This document shows, in pieces, positions 38,393 to 44,389 of a DNA stretch of 44,389 bases. The stretch lies in contig JAZDLL010000107.1 in the NCBI GenBank assembly GCA_043802105.1, positions 1 through 44,389 of the forward strand, read 5' to 3'. This DNA comes from Candidatus Omnitrophota bacterium. Its GTDB lineage: Bacteria > Omnitrophota > Gorgyraeia > Gygaellales > Profunditerraquicolaceae. Position numbers and translations under genes: made by a program. Under the pieces are notes generated by a model, which did not search any database, was not told the origin of the DNA, and saw only the letters and a program-made list of their open reading frames with translations. Position 1 is the first letter of the stretch. Each line of letters starts with the position of its first letter.

Positions 38393-40423
38393 TCATCTAT
38401 TTACCTGCAAAATCTCATCTGCCGCCCTAAGCACATCCTCAACGCTGGTAGCCTTAAGGCAAGCAAAATCTTTTTGACAATTATGCGCCAGGCAAACAGT
38501 ACAGCCCACGGTTTTGTGCAAAACCCTGTTCTTCTCTCCTAAAGGTCCCCAGCGTTGCGGGCTAAGCCCGGCTTGACTGCGCCCAAAAATCGTAATTACC
38601 GGAACTCCCAAAGCTGAAGCGACATGCATCGGCCCGGAATCCGTAGTAATAAAAAGCTGGGACCTTTTTAATAAGCTGGCTAACTGGCTAATGGAAGTCT
38701 TTCCGGCCAAATTCAACGCTTTACTGCGCATATTTTTGATGACCACCTGCGCCTTTTGAGTATCCGCAGGCCCGGAAACAACGATCACCTTAAAACCGTA
38801 CTTTTGGATAAGTTTATCGGCAACTTCAGCAAATCTTTCCCCGGGCCAAGTTTTGGAACGACAACTTGCCGCCGGATGAATAACCAATAGCTTATCGCTG
38901 TCCTTAATTTGAGCCTGACTAAATAAAACCTGTGCCCATTTTTCCGATGCTTCTTTTATCGGCATAAATAAAGTTTTATCTTGAGGCTGCAACCCCAAAT
39001 ATCTTATTAAATCCAAAGCATACTCTGATTCATGTTTTTGCCCATGCTCTTTAGTATGCTTAATCCTATCGGTAAGCAGAAATCCGAATTTACGATCATA
39101 TCCTAAACGCCTAGGTATCCCGGCCAGAAAAGTTAGTAAATGCATCCGATTAGTCGGATGTAAAACCATGGCCAAATCAAATTTCTTTTTCCTCAAAAGC
39201 CCAGCGGCTTTAAGCGTAGCCCACCAACCCTTAAATTTTGCATCTTTATCAAAAGTTATTATTTCATCTAAATCCGGATTACCGTCCAAAGCATCTTTAG
39301 TGTAAGGAGAAACCAGCATGGAGATATAAGCCTGGGGAAATTCCTGCCTTAAAGCCTTGATCACCGGCGTAGATAAAAGCACATCCCCTAAGCGGTCAGT
39401 ACGCACAATAAGAATTCTATTCAAGGGGACCTGGCTTTGATCGAAAACTACCGGCTCCTGGTTGGCGAGTATAGATTTAACTTGAGCAAACACATCAGCC
39501 GGCTTAATAACCGTTAAACATTCTAAGCTGCCAAAACGGCATTGGGCTTTTTCACAAGGCCGGCAAAAAATATCTTTCTTGACGACAGCGCTTCTTGACG
39601 ACCAGGGGCCATATTTTTTTTCATCGCTAGGCCCGAAGATAGCCACTACCGGCACATTTAAATAGCTGGCTAAATGCATCACCGCGCTATCATTAGTAAT
39701 TAACAGCTGCGCTTTTTTAAGTAAAGCCGCCAGTTGGCCAAGATTAGTTTTGGCGCAAAGATTAAGCATCTTTGAGCCGCCTGCCTGGCTAAGATAATTA
39801 CATATCGCTTGATCAAACGGATCACCGACTAAAATAATTTGATGGCCGGCTCCAGTTAGCTGGCTGCAAAGCTGGCTAAAATTTTGCTTATCCCAACACT
39901 TAACGTGGCTACGTGAACCAGGCGCAATCACAATTAATTTAGCGCAATTAGCTAAATTTTGTTCACTTAAAATACCATCAATATAATCAACATCTAAGCC
40001 GTTAATATTTAATGACTGATATTTTTTATTTTCCCGGGAGTAATCCAACAGCTTGGCCCAGAAAAGGTGTTTTTCCCGCATATGCTTAATTTTGGCAGGT
40101 ATCCGGCGCAAAGGGCTTAAAAACAGACTGCTTTTTCTAATCGGCAAAAAAGCGCCAAAAAAGCTGTTGCGCAAATCCACCACCAGATCAAAATTTCCTT
40201 TACTTAAAGCAAAAAACAATTTTATCTTATCTCTTAACTTGGCATATTTGTCAAAAATAATCACCTCTTGGGCGGCAGGATTATTAATAAAAATTTCCTC
40301 AGTCCGCACAGGCACTAGACAGGTAATCGCAGCCTGCGGATATTTCTGGCGTAGAAAATCCAAAACCGGCAGAGTTAAAATACAGTCGCCGATGTTACTT
40401 AAGGTAATAAAAAGAATTTTCAT
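38393..40423 (-). CDS. Tandem GT9-GT9 fusion glycosyltransferase (two heptosyltransferase-like domains in one 676-aa protein)
   Basis: There are two complete GT9 units. The first runs from KILFITLSNIGDCILTLPVLDFL to NDSAVMHLASYLNVPVVAIFGP. The second runs from NRILIVRTDRLGDVLLSTPVIKAL to TDSGPMHVASALGVPVITIFG. The boundary is near 39421. Confidence 0.8.
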   Translation of the reverse strand: MKILFITLSNIGDCILTLPVLDFLRQKYPQAAITCLVPVRTEEIFINNPAAQEVIIFDKYAKLRDKIKLFFALSKGNFDLVVDLRNSFFGAFLPIRKSSLFLSPLRRIPAKIKHMREKHLFWAKLLDYSRENKKYQSLNINGLDVDYIDGILSEQNLANCAKLIVIAPGSRSHVKCWDKQNFSQLCSQLTGAGHQIILVGDPFDQAICNYLSQAGGSKMLNLCAKTNLGQLAALLKKAQLLITNDSAVMHLASYLNVPVVAIFGPSDEKKYGPWSSRSAVVKKDIFCRPCEKAQCRFGSLECLTVIKPADVFAQVKSILANQEPVVFDQSQVPLNRILIVRTDRLGDVLLSTPVIKALRQEFPQAYISMLVSPYTKDALDGNPDLDEIITFDKDAKFKGWWATLKAAGLLRKKKFDLAMVLHPTNRMHLLTFLAGIPRRLGYDRKFGFLLTDRIKHTKEHGQKHESEYALDLIRYLGLQPQDKTLFMPIKEASEKWAQVLFSQAQIKDSDKLLVIHPAASCRSKTWPGERFAEVADKLIQKYGFKVIVVSGPADTQKAQVVIKNMRSKALNLAGKTSISQLASLLKRSQLFITTDSGPMHVASALGVPVITIFGRSQAGLSPQRWGPLGEKNRVLHKTVGCTVCLAHNCQKDFACLKATSVEDVLRAADEILQVNR

Positions 40424-41460
40424 TTTTTAAACATTTGTTTAACTTGCGCCAAAACATCCGCAGGCGTAACTGCCTGCATGCAACGAGAGTTGGCACAATT
40501 CACTTTATAACAAGGTATTAAGCAACCGCTATCTTTTTGCAAGACCGCCACATTCGTCGGCGGGTACGGCCCGGTGATGCTTTGGGAGGTGGGACCAAAA
40601 ATAGCAATTAATTTTTTAGCCCCCACCGCATTAGCAATATGCAAGGGCCCGGTATCGGATGAGATAAATAAATTAATTTTTTTGGCTAGTGCCCCTAACT
40701 GTTTTAGGTTAAAAACCCCGCAGGCAATTAACGGCGGTTGCTTCATGGCGTCTTTGATTTTACTAGCCAGCAATAAGTCCGAGATGCTGCCGGTAATAAT
40801 TACTTTAGCGGACATTTGGCTAATTAATTCTTCCGCCAGCATCGCCCAATAATTCAGTGGCCAGCGCTTAGGCGCCCAGTTTCCTCCGGGATTAATAGCC
40901 ACCACAAAATCATTCTCTTGAATTGAATTTTTTTTGAAAAAATTATCCACCTGCTTTGCATCCTCGGGGCTAAAAAAGAAATCTAAATACCGATCCTCCA
41001 CCCGCAGGCCCGCTTTTTCGATCACATCCAGATAATAATCTATGCGGTGCAGAGAATCTTTTTTAGGAGGCATTATTTTTTTAGTCAAAAGGAATGCGCG
41101 TTTTTTAGTATAGTGGCCAATTCTCTGTTTAATCCCGGCCAGCCGGCAGATCAGCGCGCGGCTAAATGACCGGTGCAGCAAAAACACCAGATCAAACTCT
41201 TTTTTCTTAAGCTGGTTAACAAAACTAAGTTTCTCCAGCATTCCTCTGTGCCTATCCTTCTCGTCAAAGATAATCACTTCGTCTAAATACGGATTATCTT
41301 TTAATATCGGATAGCAGCGGCTGGGAACTACACTGGCAATATAACTATCCGGATAATTTCTGCGAATATTCCTGATGGTAGCACTGGAAAACAAAACATC
41401 CCCCAACCAGTTGACGTTAAAAATAAGGATGCGGTTAGCTTTTAATACGTTCGGCAGCAT
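40420..41460 (-). CDS. GT9-family glycosyltransferase (LPS heptosyltransferase-like)
   Basis: NRILIFNVNWLGDVLFSSATIRNI and SDTGPLHIANAVGAKKLIAIFGP are present. It is 346 aa. AAGGAGGGG lies 6 nt upstream of the ATG. Confidence 0.85.
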   Translation of the reverse strand: MLPNVLKANRILIFNVNWLGDVLFSSATIRNIRRNYPDSYIASVVPSRCYPILKDNPYLDEVIIFDEKDRHRGMLEKLSFVNQLKKKEFDLVFLLHRSFSRALICRLAGIKQRIGHYTKKRAFLLTKKIMPPKKDSLHRIDYYLDVIEKAGLRVEDRYLDFFFSPEDAKQVDNFFKKNSIQENDFVVAINPGGNWAPKRWPLNYWAMLAEELISQMSAKVIITGSISDLLLASKIKDAMKQPPLIACGVFNLKQLGALAKKINLFISSDTGPLHIANAVGAKKLIAIFGPTSQSITGPYPPTNVAVLQKDSGCLIPCYKVNCANSRCMQAVTPADVLAQVKQMFKK

Positions 41461-41564
41461 TTAAATCCCCTCCTTTAGGGCGAGCAATGGGTATGCCGCC
41501 TCAGTATCAATCCTGAGGAAACCTAGGGCCAAAGAACGGGGTTTCAAAGGAATTGAACTTTGGC

Positions 41565-42680
41565 TCATTTATGCTTTCGGTTTATCACTGCTTTAAAAGA
41601 TTGCTGATAAACAGCTTCGGTTTTATCCACCATTTCTTCTTGAGAGAAATTAGCAATAATAAATTTGCGGGCTTGGACGCCTAAATCGCCCCGTAGTTGG
41701 GCATCACCCAGCAAGCTAATAATTGCTTGCGCCAGAGCTGGAGCCTCGGCCGGAGCAACCAATAAACCATTCACTTTATCCTGAATCAGGGTTTTAATTC
41801 CTCCAACGGCTGAACCGACTACCGCCACTCCCTGGGCCATCGCCTCCATCAAAGCTAACCCTAAGCCCTCCTGCAACGAAGGCATCACAAAAACATCCAT
41901 GGCCGCCAGCAACTCTGGAGTATTTTTAGCTTCTGGAATAAATATAATACTGCTGCCTAACCCTAAATCATCGGCCTCTTTGATCAACGCCTCTTTAGTC
42001 TTGCCCTGGCCGATAATCAACAGCTTAACCTGAGGATTACTCTTGAGCACTTCCGGTAGCGCCTGAATAAGATAAGTATGCCCCTTAACATCGGATAAAC
42101 GGGCAATAATACCTACTAAAAAATCCTGGCGGCCAATCCCCAATTTTTGGCGCATTTTATCCCGGGTTGAAAAATCCCCAAAATTTTTAGTATCGATACC
42201 GTTATGAATTACGCGGATTTTATTTTCAGCAAGCTTAAAATCCATCATTAAATGCTCCTTAACCTGCTGGCTGATAGCAATTACTCTCTGGCCCCAACAA
42301 CCAAAAATCCGCCGCAATAATTTTGGCCTGAAAAAACCATGGCAGGTAAAAATATGCGGCTTAGCTAAAGAACGGCCCAGGAAATCCCCTAAAACTTGCG
42401 TTGTACGGCTATGCGAATGAACCAGATCAATATTTAATTGCCGGGAAATTTTTTTAAGTTTCCAAAAACTAATAAATATTTTATAACTAATTTCATTCTT
42501 AGTCGCCAGGGGCACCTTAAAAAGCGTTATCCCGGCCTGGGTAAATTTATCCTCTAATTCTCCCCCGCTGGAAGCCAAATAAACCTGGTGGCCATTTTGT
42601 TTTAATCCGCTGCCCAAAGTAAACAGGTAGCTGCTGATGCCTCCCACATTAAGATGATTCGCTATAAAAAGTATCTTCAT
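41565..42680 (-). CDS. GT4-family (GT-B, glycosyltransferase family 1) glycosyltransferase
   Basis: The N-terminus is KILFIANHLNVGGISSYL and the C-terminal block is MPSLQEGLGLALMEAMAQGVAVVGSAVGGIKTLIQDKVNGLLV (an EX7E-type motif). Confidence 0.85.
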   Translation of the reverse strand: MKILFIANHLNVGGISSYLFTLGSGLKQNGHQVYLASSGGELEDKFTQAGITLFKVPLATKNEISYKIFISFWKLKKISRQLNIDLVHSHSRTTQVLGDFLGRSLAKPHIFTCHGFFRPKLLRRIFGCWGQRVIAISQQVKEHLMMDFKLAENKIRVIHNGIDTKNFGDFSTRDKMRQKLGIGRQDFLVGIIARLSDVKGHTYLIQALPEVLKSNPQVKLLIIGQGKTKEALIKEADDLGLGSSIIFIPEAKNTPELLAAMDVFVMPSLQEGLGLALMEAMAQGVAVVGSAVGGIKTLIQDKVNGLLVAPAEAPALAQAIISLLGDAQLRGDLGVQARKFIIANFSQEEMVDKTEAVYQQSFKAVINRKHK

Positions 42681-42690
42681 TTTAGCCTGT

Positions 42691-44389
42691 TCATTTAAGC
42701 AGCTTGATTACCGCATCAAACACTTCCGCCGGGCTAATCTGCACCATACAGCTTTTAGTGCGACATTTAGTTTTATAACAAGGGCTGCAATGCAGATTTT
42801 TACTAATCACCATATAATTTTTCCCGGGCGGCAGATGGCGCCGGGCATCCGTCGGGCCGAATAAACCGATAAACGGGGTGCCCACCGCCGAAGCAATATG
42901 CAACGGCGAAGAATCCGCCGAAATAAAAACTTGGCATTTTTTAATTAACACGGCTAATTCGTTGATATTGGTTTTGCCGCAAGCATTGATAATCTTGGTA
43001 TTTTTTAAAGAATTAATCAGCATGTTGGCCAGCCCCTGGTCTTCTTCAGTACCAGTAATAATTACGCGGATATCTTTTAATCCCAGCTCCTCGCACAGGC
43101 AAATCAAATATTCCAACGGCCAAGGCTTAGTCGACCATCTTTTAGAAGCGCTAATATTAATTCCCACCACCTTCTGCGCCTGGCTTAGCCACTGGGCGTT
43201 GAGCAGCTCATCCACTGTTTTTTGATCCTCGCTGGAAGGCCAAAGCTCCAGGGCATTATTCAATAGGTCAATTGCCAGCATCTTTAAAATCCTAAATTGA
43301 TGCGTTACCGGATCCACCAACGGTTTCTGATCATTAACCGTATGATTAAGCAGGAAAGAAAATTTCTTATTATTATAACCGTAGCGATGGATACATCCGC
43401 TCAGATAAGCTAAAATATGGCTGGAGCGGCTATTCTGTAGGTCAATCACCAAGTCAAAATTCTTCTTCCTTAAAATACGGCCGATGTTCCATAAACCCGC
43501 CAGGCCTTTATCTTTATTTTTTAAATCGCAAACCAGCAACTCTTCAATATACGGAGATCTTAAAAGGATATCTTTAGACTCTTCGCCGATTAGAAAACTT
43601 ATTTTATAATTTCCCTGCGGGAACTTTTCCCGAATTGCCCGCAGAGCGGCCGTCGAAAGAATTATATCCCCTAAAGAACTAAATTTGATCACCAGGATCT
43701 TAAAATTATTTAAGACTTCGCGGTAAACATCTAAAGTATTTTTAACCATCAACTCCAGATTATATTTTTCCTTAACCTTAGCATAGGCATTTTGAGCCAA
43801 CTCCCTGGCAAATTGCGGATCCTTAAAAATACGCATAATCGCCTCGGCCATACTTTTATGGTCCGCCGGAGGCACCAGGAGGCCATTCTTACCATCCTCG
43901 ATAATATCCACCACTCCTCCGACTTTAGTGGCCACCACCGGGACCCCCGAGGCTTGAGCCTCCACCACTACCCTTCCGAAAGCCTCCTGAGTGGTGGTAG
44001 CTAAAACCACCAAATCCAGATGCTCTAATATTCCGGGAATATCCCGCTGCGTACCCAAAAACTCCGTGCAATGCCAAAGCCCCAGCCGGCGCACTAAAAT
44101 CTGCAATTCTTCTTTATAGGCCTCCTTAGAAGCCGGAGCATCACCGACAATCCAGATCTTCAAACGGGGCACTGACCTGGAAATCTGCGCCATGGCTTTG
44201 ATAAAATGCAAATGCCCCTTTAAAGGAGTAATCCGGCCGATAATTCCGACGTTAAACTCTTCTTTTCGCTTGTCTTTAGGGTCCAGGTATTTAAATTTCT
44301 CCAGGTCTACGCTGCGCGGCACCAGCTTGATCCGCTCATGCGGCACACCAAAATCTTCGATCATATGCCGGGCAATCACATTACTTAAC
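42691..44389 (-). CDS. GT4-GT9 fusion glycosyltransferase, 5' end beyond the window
   Basis: The reading frame stays open to the window edge (...LSNVIARHMIEDFG). The GT4 C-half is FGRVVVEAQASGVPVVATKVGGVVDIIEDGKNGLLV. From about codon 225 (around 43707) a full GT9 unit follows, from KILVIKFSSLGDIILSTAALRAI to ADSSPLHIASAVGTPFIGLFGP. Confidence 0.8.
   Translation of the reverse strand, partial: LSNVIARHMIEDFGVPHERIKLVPRSVDLEKFKYLDPKDKRKEEFNVGIIGRITPLKGHLHFIKAMAQISRSVPRLKIWIVGDAPASKEAYKEELQILVRRLGLWHCTEFLGTQRDIPGILEHLDLVVLATTTQEAFGRVVVEAQASGVPVVATKVGGVVDIIEDGKNGLLVPPADHKSMAEAIMRIFKDPQFARELAQNAYAKVKEKYNLELMVKNTLDVYREVLNNFKILVIKFSSLGDIILSTAALRAIREKFPQGNYKISFLIGEESKDILLRSPYIEELLVCDLKNKDKGLAGLWNIGRILRKKNFDLVIDLQNSRSSHILAYLSGCIHRYGYNNKKFSFLLNHTVNDQKPLVDPVTHQFRILKMLAIDLLNNALELWPSSEDQKTVDELLNAQWLSQAQKVVGINISASKRWSTKPWPLEYLICLCEELGLKDIRVIITGTEEDQGLANMLINSLKNTKIINACGKTNINELAVLIKKCQVFISADSSPLHIASAVGTPFIGLFGPTDARRHLPPGKNYMVISKNLHCSPCYKTKCRTKSCMVQISPAEVFDAVIKLLK

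Noticed and set aside
41528-41564. The hairpin GCCAAAG-(23 nt)-CTTTGGC right after the GT4 stop, as a terminator
   Set aside because: The stem is only 7 bp with a large loop and no U-tract. The next gene has a strong RBS about 100 nt downstream, so evidence for termination is too weak to report as a feature.

Overview
This 44.4-kb window is a piece of bacterial chromosome. All 41 credible protein genes are on the minus strand (the first and last are cut by the window edges), packed into a few very tight operon blocks. Every plus-strand ORF in the supplied track lies antisense to a clearly recognisable gene, so I treat them all as shadow ORFs.

The content is overwhelmingly core:
- queuosine genes (tgt, queA, queH), ruvB, scpA and trpS
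- the rimP-nusA-infB and uppS-cdsA-dxr-rseP-ispG-proS blocks, in the order known from Bacillus
- a GH57 glucan-branching enzyme with a DUF4912 partner
- an OmpA-type lipoprotein pair, purA, a serA/aminotransferase block, and tig-clpP
- a long outer-membrane/LPS block: lptB, an lptC-lptA fusion, kdsC/D/A/B, a heptose-7-P kinase, and GT9/GT4 glycosyltransferases

The host is therefore a diderm, LPS-making, moderately AT-rich bacterium using the standard genetic code. Several housekeeping proteins are domain-trimmed or fused, which suggests a streamlined and probably uncultivated lineage. I cannot assign taxonomy from the sequence alone.

I found no rRNA, tRNA, CRISPR array, transposase, integrase or recognisable defence gene, and no clear-cut new multi-gene system. 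The best candidates for follow-up are:
1. Two diverged CpaF/TadA-type secretion ATPases that bracket proS inside a 17-gene housekeeping super-operon, with no pilus or secretion partners nearby.
2. The LPS-core block, with four GT9 domains (one GT9-GT9 fusion, one GT4-GT9 fusion) and an uncharacterised deoxyhypusine-synthase-like gene translationally coupled to a stand-alone heptose kinase.
3. A small family of intergenic hairpin/repeat elements sharing a GAGCG..AGCGA loop, including a 55-bp tandem repeat and a ~180-nt rod-like inverted repeat between queA and tgt.
4. Domain-minimised core proteins: ProRS without the INS editing domain, trigger factor without the PPIase domain, and fused LptC-LptA.

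All family assignments come from motifs read by eye. No database search was run.
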